Below, in pieces: positions 1 through 9,193 of a stretch of DNA of 64,000 nucleotides. Location of the stretch: assembly GCA_963701075.1 (NCBI GenBank), contig OY969559.1, forward strand, positions 256,001 through 320,000. The letters are read 5' to 3'. The DNA is from an uncultured Nitrososphaerota archaeon (lineage in GTDB: Archaea > Thermoproteota > Nitrososphaeria > Nitrososphaerales > Nitrosopumilaceae). Every line of letters starts with the position of its first letter. Positions within the stretch are counted from its first letter, which is position 1. Under the pieces are notes generated by a model that saw nothing but the letters and a program-made list of their open reading frames with translations, was not told the DNA's origin and ran no database searches. A program made the translations under genes and the position numbers.

Positions 1-818
1 AATTCAATTCCTGAAATACCGGCAAGTTTTCTGTGATTGCCAATATAATCACCCACTAGAATGCTGAGATCGTCGACACCAAACTGCGAGGCACTGGAGC
101 AAAGAGCATCATGATATGCCTTTTCAAAATCTACATGTCTTATTTGCGCCTTGTCCCCAACCAAGTCTCTTACAAAGCGATCATACGTTACTGCCTGTGG
201 ACCAACAAGGTCAATTGTCTTTTTTGAGAACTGTTTTCCATGTATGGCTTTCATTATAACTTGTGCCACATCTGATACCAAGATAGGCTGAAGTCTATAT
301 TTCCCAGAGCCTGCAATGATAACGAAACCTTTGCGTATCTGTCTTGAAAGTATCTGCGACAGTGGATCATTTTTTCCCATGATATACGAGGGTCGAAATA
401 TTGTATAATCAAGTCCAGACTGCACAATCTCTTGCTCTGCTTTGAATTTTGATACAAAATATCCCAGTGTAGATTTTTTGTCAACACCAAGACCGCTTAG
501 GTAAATTATTTTCTTGATTCCAGCTTTCTTGCAAAGTGTAACCGCATTTCTTGTAAGATTGACATTTACGGTATCATAGTCAGAGTCTGCTGTCTGTCTT
601 CCCTTTCCAATAAAATGCAGAAATGCGGCAGACCCTTTCACCAAATCTACAAGGGCATCTTCCGTAAGATCGTGCGATATGATAGCCTGTCCAAAATCAA
701 CTGCCTTTTTTCTGCCCTTTCTCACTAGAGGTATAATCTCAAACCCATTTTTTGCAAGAAACTTGCCCACATTTTTTCCCACAAATCCATTGGCTCCAGA
801 TATGGCTATCTTATCCAT
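1..818 (-). CDS. NAD-dependent epimerase/dehydratase (atypical SDR), 3' end runs off the window
   Basis: Manual translation from ATG 818: MDKIAISGANGFVGKNVG (Rossmann GxxGxxG), YLSGLG, YFVSKFKAE (YxxxK), IFRPSYIMG; open to position 1, hence absent from the ORF track. Confidence 0.85.
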   Translation of the reverse strand, partial: MDKIAISGANGFVGKNVGKFLAKNGFEIIPLVRKGRKKAVDFGQAIISHDLTEDALVDLVKGSAAFLHFIGKGRQTADSDYDTVNVNLTRNAVTLCKKAGIKKIIYLSGLGVDKKSTLGYFVSKFKAEQEIVQSGLDYTIFRPSYIMGKNDPLSQILSRQIRKGFVIIAGSGKYRLQPILVSDVAQVIMKAIHGKQFSKKTIDLVGPQAVTYDRFVRDLVGDKAQIRHVDFEKAYHDALCSSASQFGVDDLSILVGDYIGNHRKLAGISGIE

Positions 819-875
819 ATACACCCACAATATATCCGACAAATTAATTTTGGTGCTTGTTCAATCTCTAGATAC

Positions 876-1323
876 TTGAAGAACCTGTCTGACTGCTATC
901 AGATTCTAGGCGTCCAAAAGGGAGCATCGCAGAAGGAGATCAAGAATGCATACAGACAGGCTCTCACTCAAGTATCACCCAGACAGAAACAAGGATGACA
1001 CGGGTGGAGAGAAATTCAAGCAGATTACAGAGGCATATCAGTTGCTTCGACGTGAGGAAAAGTCAAAGACAAGGGTTTCTGAGACAGATGTTGCAACAAA
1101 ATACACCGAGTTTTGGAAAAAATACGACGGCAGCAAGATGAATGATGATTTTAATTTTGGGCCCAACTTTGCAGGATTTAAGAATCCATTTGGGGCAAGC
1201 GTTCAAGAAGAGTACAGCCATTTTCGTGAAAAGGAATCTTCCTTTAAGGTTACACACATCATACTATATGGCGGACTTGGTCTGTTTGCATTGTGGATAA
1301 TACTGACTAGCATATTCAAGTGA
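876..1323 (+). CDS. DnaJ-domain protein with C-terminal TM helix (apparent frameshift ~959)
   Basis: TTG 876 gives KNLSDCYQILGVQKGASQKEIKNAYR, which joins LSLKYHPDRNK (HPD motif) of ORF 946..1323 after removing one base. Confidence 0.85.
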
Positions 1324-1361
1324 TATCAAAGGATTAATACAGAAAAAAAATAATTACCCAC

Positions 1362-2456
1362 ATGGAATCTGACTCTACGCCAAAAGGAAAAATGAGAACA
1401 GGTTATACCACGGGAACTTCGGCAACGGCTGGAGCAAAGGCTGGAATACTTGCAATTTTGAATCAGGAAAAGATAGGCTTTATCGATGTTACATTACCAA
1501 AAAAATCCAAGATCCAAATAAAGATTGAAAAATGTGAATTTGACAAGCAATCTGCACACTGTTACGTAATAAAAGATGGTGGCGACGATCCAGATGTTAC
1601 CCACGGTGCAGAGATACACACTGATGTCTCACTAACAAGTAATGTTGGAAAAATCGAGATAGACGGGGGTGAAGGAGTAGGCAGGGTGACAAAGCCAGGC
1701 CTTGGCCTAGAGGTGGGTTCTGCTGCAATAAATCCAACACCAAAAAAGATGATCACAGAAAACATTACCGAAGTTGCACAAGACCTTCTCAAAAAAAATG
1801 GAGTCAGGGTCATCATATCTGTTCCAAAGGGAAAAGAGCTTGCGCCAAAGACTGACAACCCACGGCTTGGCATCCTAGATGGCATCTCAATTCTTGGCAC
1901 AAGTGGAATTGTTATCCCGTATTCGACTGCCTCGTTTGCAGCATCAATTAGGCAGAGCATAGATGTTACAATTGCAATGGGAAATGATACCGTAGTCCTG
2001 ACAACAGGTGGCAGAAGTGAAGATTTTTCAAGAAACATAATCACTTTGCCTGACCATTGCTTTGTCCAGATGGGAGACTTTTCAGGTTATACAGTACAGC
2101 AGTGCGCAAAAAAGGGAATAAGAAAGGCATACGTTGCAGGCTTTATTGGAAAATTGACCAAGATGGGCATGGGTGTAAAGCAGACCCATGTAAAGGGCTC
2201 CAAGGTAGACATGGAATTTCTTGCAGAGCTTGCACAGAGATGCAATGCATCAAGTGATACTATACAGGAAATAAAAAAAGCAAACACTGCAAGACATGTC
2301 TTTGAGATAGTGTCAGCCAAGAACCTCAAGGGATACTTTGATCTTGTCTGCTCTGAAGTATACAATCAACTACGAAAACATTCTGAGGAAAAATTTGAGA
2401 TTGATGTTATCATGTTCGATTTCGATGGTAACACAATAGGTAAGTATCCAAGATAG
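1362..2456 (+). CDS. cbiD: cobalt-precorrin-5B C1-methyltransferase
   Basis: RTGYTTGTSATA, KDGGDDPDVTHG, NPRLGILDGISILGTSGIV motifs; cob cluster. Confidence 0.95.
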   Translation: MESDSTPKGKMRTGYTTGTSATAGAKAGILAILNQEKIGFIDVTLPKKSKIQIKIEKCEFDKQSAHCYVIKDGGDDPDVTHGAEIHTDVSLTSNVGKIEIDGGEGVGRVTKPGLGLEVGSAAINPTPKKMITENITEVAQDLLKKNGVRVIISVPKGKELAPKTDNPRLGILDGISILGTSGIVIPYSTASFAASIRQSIDVTIAMGNDTVVLTTGGRSEDFSRNIITLPDHCFVQMGDFSGYTVQQCAKKGIRKAYVAGFIGKLTKMGMGVKQTHVKGSKVDMEFLAELAQRCNASSDTIQEIKKANTARHVFEIVSAKNLKGYFDLVCSEVYNQLRKHSEEKFEIDVIMFDFDGNTIGKYPR

Positions 2457-2472
2457 CAAGAGATATGTTCAC

Positions 2473-3556
2473 TTGGAAAAGAGACAATTTGTGGATACCG
2501 TAGCAATTCTAGCTATTACAAAAAATGGAATCAAGATGGCTAAAAACTTGAAGGGCAAGTTTCCAAATTGGCAGGTCTTTGCACCCTCCAAGTTTTCAAA
2601 CAATGATTCCAAGATTAACTGGTTTGAGGATTCTACCACAGAAAAAATAGGTGAGTTGTTCAAAAAACATGATGCCCTCGTCTGCATCTTCTCGCTTGGT
2701 GCCGTAATACGTCTAGTCAGCTCCCCACATGAAGGACAAAAAGACAGATCCTGCAGTAGTTGTGATTGATGATACAGGCAAGTTTGTGATAAGTACACTA
2801 TCAGGACATCTTGGCGGGGCAAACAAGCTTGCAGAAGATATTGCAGAAGTTCTTGGCGCAACTCCTGTGATTACAACGGCTGCAGATGTTAACAAGACCA
2901 TTGCAGTAGACTTGGTAGGAAAGGAGTTTGGGTGGCAGATTGATGATGATTCAACTGTAACAAAAATTAGTGCATTTATGGTAAACGAAGAAAAGATAGG
3001 TCTCTTTCAGGATGCTGGCGAGAAAGATTGGTGGACACCAAAAAGAGAGCTTCCAAAAAATGTCCACCCATATGCAAGTTTGGAAGAGCTGATAGGGTCA
3101 GACTGCAAGGGATTTTTGATAATCTCAGATAAAATGATACATGACAGGCAGATACTGGAGCGCTCAGTTGTGTATAGGCCAAAGACTCTGGTGGTCGGTG
3201 TTGGGCTACACTGGGATACAAGCAAGGATATAATCAAGGAGGGCCTAGAGTTTTGTCTCTCAAAGTTCAATCTCAGTTCCAAGTCAGTTGCTAGGTTTGC
3301 ATCAATCAAAAAGGAAGCTCAGGTGACAGGACTGCGCGAGATTGCAGAAAACATGAAGGTTCCAATAGATTATTTTGAAAAGCAAGAGCTTGCAGGAATT
3401 GCAATCCCGAATCCTTCAGAAGTTGTCAAGACATTTGAGGGAACCCCAAGTGTCTCAGAGGCGTCGGCAATCAAGAGCTCAGGCGGTACGCTAGTAGTTG
3501 AAAAACAGAAATTTCCCCCAAATCTTACCATTGCAATTGCGAGGATATCAAAATGA
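2473..3556 (+). CDS. cbiG: cobalt-precorrin-5A hydrolase (apparent frameshift ~2718)
   Basis: ORFs 2473..2769 and 2729..3556 join: GAVIRLV/APHMKDKKTDPAVVVID, LSGHLGGAN, PVITTAAD, SVSEASA. Confidence 0.9.
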
Positions 3557-4299
3557 AACGAGGGTTATTGCTAATCGATAGGGGTAGCCATGAAGATGAC
3601 GTAAAGCAGGAGCTTCAATACATATGCGACAAAGTAAAGCAAAAGGGAGACTATCATGTGTCTGATTACTGTTTTCTCGAGGTAGTCCCCCCATATATCG
3701 AAGAGGGTATCAATGCTTGCCTATCTGAACAGATTGATTCACTTACCATAGTGCCATATTTTCTGTACCCCGGAAGAAAGGTCAAGGCTGCTGTCAACAC
3801 TGCAATAAAATTCCAGTCAAAGACCAAAGTGAAACTGACCATATCAAAACCCATGAACTTGCACAAGTCTTTGATAAGACTTGTAGACGAAAAGATACAG
3901 AGCATACTTGGGAAGAACAAGGTTACCGCCGCAAGAAATGGCGTAGATGTATTGCTAATTGGACATGGAAGCAAGGACCCAAATGCAAGATCATCTCTAA
4001 AGTATGTTGCAGATGGGCTTGAGCCATTGTATAGAAACGTCAACTATTGTTTTTTAGAGATTGAAGAGCCCAACATACAACATGGCATAGATGTATGTAC
4101 AAAAAACAATCCAGACTTTCTTGTTGTGGTACCATACTTTTTGCACAAGGGAGCTCATGTAAAGCGTGACATTTATGAAGACCTCAATCCCGCAATTACA
4201 AATTCCGGAATAAAGAAAGTATTTCTTTCCGAGCATCTAGGAATAGATGACAAGATGGTTGACTTGGTGCTTGAGAGGGCAAAGGAAGTAGAGAGATGA
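3553..4299 (+). CDS. cbiX: sirohydrochlorin cobaltochelatase (long, two-domain)
   Basis: Duplicated CFLE..P / VPYFL motifs, GHGS, GAHVKRDI. Confidence 0.9.
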   Translation: MKRGLLLIDRGSHEDDVKQELQYICDKVKQKGDYHVSDYCFLEVVPPYIEEGINACLSEQIDSLTIVPYFLYPGRKVKAAVNTAIKFQSKTKVKLTISKPMNLHKSLIRLVDEKIQSILGKNKVTAARNGVDVLLIGHGSKDPNARSSLKYVADGLEPLYRNVNYCFLEIEEPNIQHGIDVCTKNNPDFLVVVPYFLHKGAHVKRDIYEDLNPAITNSGIKKVFLSEHLGIDDKMVDLVLERAKEVER

Positions 4300-4934
4300 T
4301 CACGCAGAAGGGTCAGTCAATAGAGGACAAGAGCATGGAAATAATAGAGAGTGAGATAGGCGCTCATCCTTACAGCCAAGACGAATGGACAATAGTGAAG
4401 CGAGTGATACATTCTACAGCCGATTTTGACTTTGCAAGAGATAACAAAATAATTTTTCACAAGCAGGCAATAGAGAGTGGAACAGCTGCCCTCAAGCGAG
4501 GATGCAACATAATTGTAGATGTTAATGGAGTAGTGGGACTGTTAAACAAAGACAACCTGAGCAAGTTTTCAAACAATGTGATTTGTGGCATATCAGATCC
4601 TGCAGTGGTAGAGGAAGCAAAAAAACTCAACAAGACTCGGGCCCAGACTGCAATGCGAATGGCTGCAAAAGAGATGGATGGAGGAATTGTGGCAATAGGA
4701 AATGCCCCTACTGCACTTCAGGAAGTAATACAGATGGTGCAGCAAGGATTGACGAAACCTGCCCTTGTCGTTGGCATACCTGTTGGATTTGTCTGCGCCG
4801 CAGAGTCAAAAGAAGAGCTCCGCCATTCCGATATTGTACACATAACAAATCTTGGCCGTAAAGGAGGTAGCCCATGCGCGTCTGCCATCTTAAATGCACT
4901 CTACATCATTTTAAAACAAAGATCATCTTCTTGA
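4296..4934 (+). CDS. cbiC: precorrin-8X methylmutase
   Basis: RVIHSTADF, IGNAPTAL, GIPVGFVCAAESK, GRKGGS. Confidence 0.95.
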   Translation: MITQKGQSIEDKSMEIIESEIGAHPYSQDEWTIVKRVIHSTADFDFARDNKIIFHKQAIESGTAALKRGCNIIVDVNGVVGLLNKDNLSKFSNNVICGISDPAVVEEAKKLNKTRAQTAMRMAAKEMDGGIVAIGNAPTALQEVIQMVQQGLTKPALVVGIPVGFVCAAESKEELRHSDIVHITNLGRKGGSPCASAILNALYIILKQRSSS

Positions 4935-6284
4935 GAGTGCGACACAGTTCTCAACAAATGTATTTGCAACTTTTGGCATAGCAAAATGCATGTGCATGTA
5001 GGATGCAAGTGCATTGTATTGCACCATACCGTCCCTGTTTTTTCCTATGCCTATTCCAATATCCATTGTGTAGGCAAACTTGGAGTCCTTTGATACCGAC
5101 TCTAGTTCAGAGAAATGAAACTCGTGCCCCCGCAGTATGGAATTTTTCCCAGATACAACACACGGTCTTGATACACTTGCCTTGGTATAGTTTAGCGTTA
5201 GTTTTTTCTGCATGGCAGTATCTGCCTCGCATAGCCCAATCATCTTGAATTTTTTCTCCTTGTACCTAATTGACCGGGTCAGATACATCAATCCCCCACA
5301 TTCTGCATATATTGGTAAGCCATCTTCTGCTTTTTCCTTTATCTCTTTTTTCATGGAATCATTTCTTTCTAAAAGTTCTCCCTTGACTTCTGGAAATCCC
5401 CCTCCAATATAGAGACCGTCACATGATGGAATTTTTTTGTCATGAATTGGGCTGAAAAATTCAATAGATGCCCCCGCCCTGCGCAGTGAATCCAGGTTCT
5501 CCTGATAGTAAAAGTTGAATGACTCGTCTAGTGCTACTGCAATCTTTGCTCTTTGTTTTGTCTTGGTGTCTTGTGGTATAGATGGCAGGTTTGGTACCTT
5601 GCAGCTTGTCTCAATAATTTTTTCAATATCGATATAATCAGAATATGATTTGGCAATAGCCCTTATTTTTTGCTCGAGTGTTTTCATCTCATTTACTGGA
5701 ATCAATCCAAGGTGTCTTGATTCAAGATTTAGGTGGACATCTCGTGGAATCATGCCAACAATTGGAATTTCCAGTTTTGACAATGCTTGCCTGCAAAGAT
5801 CCTCATGCTTGCGGCTTCCAATCTTGTTTAGTATGAAACCTACAATTCTAGAATTTTTGTGAAACTTTACAAATCCCAGTGCAGTTGCCGCAATAGAGCG
5901 AGCAGCCTTGCTTGCATCAAGTACCAGAACAACTGGAGCTTTTACGATATTTGATATGTGGTGCGTGCTTGCAAAATTGGAGCCTCCGCCAAACCCATCA
6001 TAGTACCCCATGACACCTTCTATCACCGATATATCATCATGCGAGTTTTGAACAAAGTCTTTTAGCACTCCATGCTCGCCCATGAGCCACGCATCAAGAT
6101 TTCGTGCAGGCCTCTTTGCTACTGCCGAGAGATATGTAGGGTCAATAAAGTCAGGCCCCACCTTGAACGGTTGTACCGAGTATCCATGTTTTTTCATGCC
6201 ATAAATTATTGCTGCAGCAATTGATGTTTTGCCAACTCCGCTGCTGGTACCAGAAAGAACTATTCTAGGTATCTTCAATTTCAA
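4923..6284 (-). CDS. cbiA: cobyrinate a,c-diamide synthase
   Basis: SGVGKT, FKVGPDFIDP, EGVMGYYDG, YAECGGLMYL, GHEFH; start placed at TTG 6284 behind AGGAG. Confidence 0.95.
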   Translation of the reverse strand: MKLKIPRIVLSGTSSGVGKTSIAAAIIYGMKKHGYSVQPFKVGPDFIDPTYLSAVAKRPARNLDAWLMGEHGVLKDFVQNSHDDISVIEGVMGYYDGFGGGSNFASTHHISNIVKAPVVLVLDASKAARSIAATALGFVKFHKNSRIVGFILNKIGSRKHEDLCRQALSKLEIPIVGMIPRDVHLNLESRHLGLIPVNEMKTLEQKIRAIAKSYSDYIDIEKIIETSCKVPNLPSIPQDTKTKQRAKIAVALDESFNFYYQENLDSLRRAGASIEFFSPIHDKKIPSCDGLYIGGGFPEVKGELLERNDSMKKEIKEKAEDGLPIYAECGGLMYLTRSIRYKEKKFKMIGLCEADTAMQKKLTLNYTKASVSRPCVVSGKNSILRGHEFHFSELESVSKDSKFAYTMDIGIGIGKNRDGMVQYNALASYMHMHFAMPKVANTFVENCVALSRR

Positions 6285-6316
6285 TCTCCTGACTGAGCCT
6301 TGATTGAAGCCAGTAT

Positions 6317-7555
6317 TCAATTTTCTTGTGATTGGAGAGCGTTTCCAGCATTGTCTTTTATCAAACCAAAGAGCTGGCGTATTGCTAGCTTTGGATGATT
6401 TGCTGCAAGCTTTATCATGTTTGCCAACCCAAATTCAGCTTTTACAAAATCCAGGAATTCTTCTGCGGAGAGGTCATCAATTATTCCAATCTCACGATCC
6501 CATTCCTCGTCACTGAGGCCAAGCCACCTGTACTGCACCTTTATTGCAGAGGCAATCTTGGAGCCAATTGCTTTTTTCATGGAATCTTCATATGGTTTCA
6601 AAGATTTTTTGGACGTGTCCCCAGATGAGATGGCATTTGTAGCCACCTCTCCTGCCTTTCTTCCATATTCTATTGCATACCTTATTCCCTCCAGAACAAG
6701 TGGATTTGCTTGACCTGCAGAATCTCCTACAAGTATAAGGTTGTCATCAATGGTAGAAGATCGCAGTCCCTCGTTTGGGATCAAGCCATAATGAAATTCA
6801 ATAGGGACTATTCTGCCAAGCGAATCTAGCGGCTTGGGTCTTTTCTCAAGCAATTCCAAAAGTCGTTGTGTTGCATCTACTTGGGACTCTGGCTTGCCAA
6901 CACCAACACCTATCCGAACCTTATTTTTTCCCAGCGGAAAGATCCAGGCATATCCAGCAGGAGAATAATTCTGTCCAACCATAAGATACCACGTCTGAGG
7001 GTCTATCTTTTCCACATAGGCCTCATATTCTGCTCCAGCACCAAACCTCTTCCACTGGGATACCAATCCAGTAGATTTTGCCACCACAGAATAAAATCCA
7101 CTTGCATCTATGGTTACCTTTGAGCGAAACACCAGATCTTCTTTTAGCGATGTTGCCTTGACTCCACATAATTTTTTCTCTTCAAGTATAACATCAGTGA
7201 CACCAGTTCGCAAAAATATGTCTGCACCAGCACCTGCTGCCTGATATGCAAGAAACTGGTATGTCTTTCTAACATCTAGTACGGCTACTTCGGGCTCCTT
7301 GCTTTTTTTTAGTATCATATTATTTGGTGAATAAAACGCATAATTTTGTATTGGGTTGTAATATTCTGCAGGAATGCCAAATGACCTTGCTTCCTTTATC
7401 CAGGTGACTCCACTTGTTCTGACGCTCTGCCCTATTGCCTCATCTCTTTCAAGTATTGCTACTTTTGCCCCCTTTTTTGCGGCACTCCATCCAGCGGACA
7501 GGCCTGCAGGCCCTCCGCCTACCACAACGATATCGTATTCGTAGTTTCTGGTCAT
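6317..7555 (-). CDS. geranylgeranyl reductase family FAD oxidoreductase
   Basis: YDIVVVGGGPAGL, PAGYAWIFP, LVGDSAGQANPLVLEGI. Confidence 0.85.
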   Translation of the reverse strand: MTRNYEYDIVVVGGGPAGLSAGWSAAKKGAKVAILERDEAIGQSVRTSGVTWIKEARSFGIPAEYYNPIQNYAFYSPNNMILKKSKEPEVAVLDVRKTYQFLAYQAAGAGADIFLRTGVTDVILEEKKLCGVKATSLKEDLVFRSKVTIDASGFYSVVAKSTGLVSQWKRFGAGAEYEAYVEKIDPQTWYLMVGQNYSPAGYAWIFPLGKNKVRIGVGVGKPESQVDATQRLLELLEKRPKPLDSLGRIVPIEFHYGLIPNEGLRSSTIDDNLILVGDSAGQANPLVLEGIRYAIEYGRKAGEVATNAISSGDTSKKSLKPYEDSMKKAIGSKIASAIKVQYRWLGLSDEEWDREIGIIDDLSAEEFLDFVKAEFGLANMIKLAANHPKLAIRQLFGLIKDNAGNALQSQEN

Positions 7556-7662
7556 AGATTGTCTATGGGTCTTTGATTTAACATAATAATCCTTTTTGCG
7601 ATTAGTGCAAGTCAAATCCCTAAAGCGTCAGATTTTTACTAGTCACAGTAAAACTACATTTT

Positions 7663-8196
7663 ATGGAAAAGGACGGGCTGGTAATTGTTTATACAGGCAA
7701 GGGAAAGGGAAAGACAACAGCTGCACTTGGGATGGCACTTCGCGCAATAGGTTATGATTACAAAGTTTGCATGATTCAATTCATCAAGGGCTCCTGGCAC
7801 TATGGCGAGATGACCTCATCGAAGAGACTAGAACCAGAGTTTGAGCTCACTGCAGTAGGCAAGGGATTTGTTGGCATCATGGATGACAAGAGCCCCATTG
7901 AAGACCACAAAAAGGTTGCAGATGAGGCGCTTGCCATAGCAAAAGAAAAAATAACTTCGGAAAAATACAACATCGTAATTCTAGACGAGATAAACTATGC
8001 TGTCAACCTAGGATTAGTAAAGATTGATGATGTGTTAAAACTAATACAGACAAAACCTACAAACGTCAACCTAGTACTGACAGGAAATCATGTCAGAGAT
8101 GAGATAATAGAATTGGCTGACTTGGTGACAGAAATGAGAGAGATAAAACATCCATTCAAGTCTGGCATACGAGCAAAAAAAGGAATTGATTTCTAA
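7663..8196 (+). CDS. cobO: cob(I)yrinic acid a,c-diamide adenosyltransferase (CobO/BtuR)
   Basis: YTGKGKGKTTAALG, QFIKG, ILDEI, ADLVTEM..IKHPF..GI.AKKGIDF. Confidence 0.95.
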   Translation: MEKDGLVIVYTGKGKGKTTAALGMALRAIGYDYKVCMIQFIKGSWHYGEMTSSKRLEPEFELTAVGKGFVGIMDDKSPIEDHKKVADEALAIAKEKITSEKYNIVILDEINYAVNLGLVKIDDVLKLIQTKPTNVNLVLTGNHVRDEIIELADLVTEMREIKHPFKSGIRAKKGIDF

Positions 8197-8225
8197 GCAG
8201 CAACATTAAATTACGTACGTAAAAC

Positions 8226-9035
8226 TTGAAAATTATGACAACTGCCATACAAGAATTTCCCGAAGTTGGAGAAATTGTGATTGCTACAATAACTAGAATT
8301 ATGGCTCAAGGTGCCTATGTTACTCTTGATGAATACAATAACATCCAGGGGTTCTTGCATGTTTCCGAGATTGCTACCGGTTGGATTAGAAATGTAGAAA
8401 AGTTTCTCAAGGTAGGAGAAAAGAAAGTTCTGCTGGTAAAGCGTGTCGATCCAAGAAGATCTGAGATTGACTTGTCGCTCAAGCAAATTTCCTCAGATCA
8501 AAAGAAGAAAAAACTTTTGGAAATAAAACGTGGAGAAAAAGAGATGGCTCTTATTGACAATCTCAAGACAAAAGCTAACCTATCAGCAGCAGAGGCTGAA
8601 AAAATTGAAAATATTCTAGTAGATAAATTTGATTCAGTGTATAATGCTTTCAGCGAGGTAACTGCAAAGGGCCCGTCCATTTTGAGCGGCCTTGACATAC
8701 CCGAAAAAACAGTTGCGGTAATTAATGAATTGAGTTCAAAGATGCAAATTCCTCATGTCGAGATAAGGGGAGTATTGGATCTTACATGTACCAAGCCTGA
8801 TGGTATCGATGTTATCAAGCGAGCTTTGCTTGCAGCTTTAGACAACAAGAAGGTAACGGTATCTGTGACCTACATAGGTGCACCCAAGTATCGCCTCAAC
8901 ATTACTGCACAAAATTTCAAGGATGCAGAAAAAGAGCTAAAGCCTACTCTTGAAGCAATTGAGCGTGCCATTGAAAAAAGCGGTGGTACCTTCAAGTTTA
9001 CAAGAGAAGAGTCAAAGAAGACCCGAGAGGGCTAA
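8226..9035 (+). CDS. eif2a: translation initiation factor aIF2 alpha
   Basis: S1 domain PEVGEIVIATI, HVSEIATGWIRNV, IDLSLK, YIGAPKYR; adjacent to nop10. Confidence 0.95.
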   Translation: MKIMTTAIQEFPEVGEIVIATITRIMAQGAYVTLDEYNNIQGFLHVSEIATGWIRNVEKFLKVGEKKVLLVKRVDPRRSEIDLSLKQISSDQKKKKLLEIKRGEKEMALIDNLKTKANLSAAEAEKIENILVDKFDSVYNAFSEVTAKGPSILSGLDIPEKTVAVINELSSKMQIPHVEIRGVLDLTCTKPDGIDVIKRALLAALDNKKVTVSVTYIGAPKYRLNITAQNFKDAEKELKPTLEAIERAIEKSGGTFKFTREESKKTREG

Positions 9036-9036
9036 C

Positions 9037-9192
9037 ATGAAATTTCAGATGCGCAAGTGCACCAACTGCAAAAGATATACGCTAAAAGACGAGTGCCCCA
9101 AGTGCGGAAATAACACAACAAGTGTTCATCCGGGAAAATATTCTCCTGATGACAAGTATGCAAGATACCGAGTATCTGACAGATACAAGTGA
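9037..9192 (+). CDS. nop10: H/ACA RNP protein Nop10
   Basis: MRKCTNCKRYTLKDECPKCG...HPGKYSPDDKYARYR. Confidence 0.95.
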   Translation: MKFQMRKCTNCKRYTLKDECPKCGNNTTSVHPGKYSPDDKYARYRVSDRYK

Positions 9193-9193
9193 C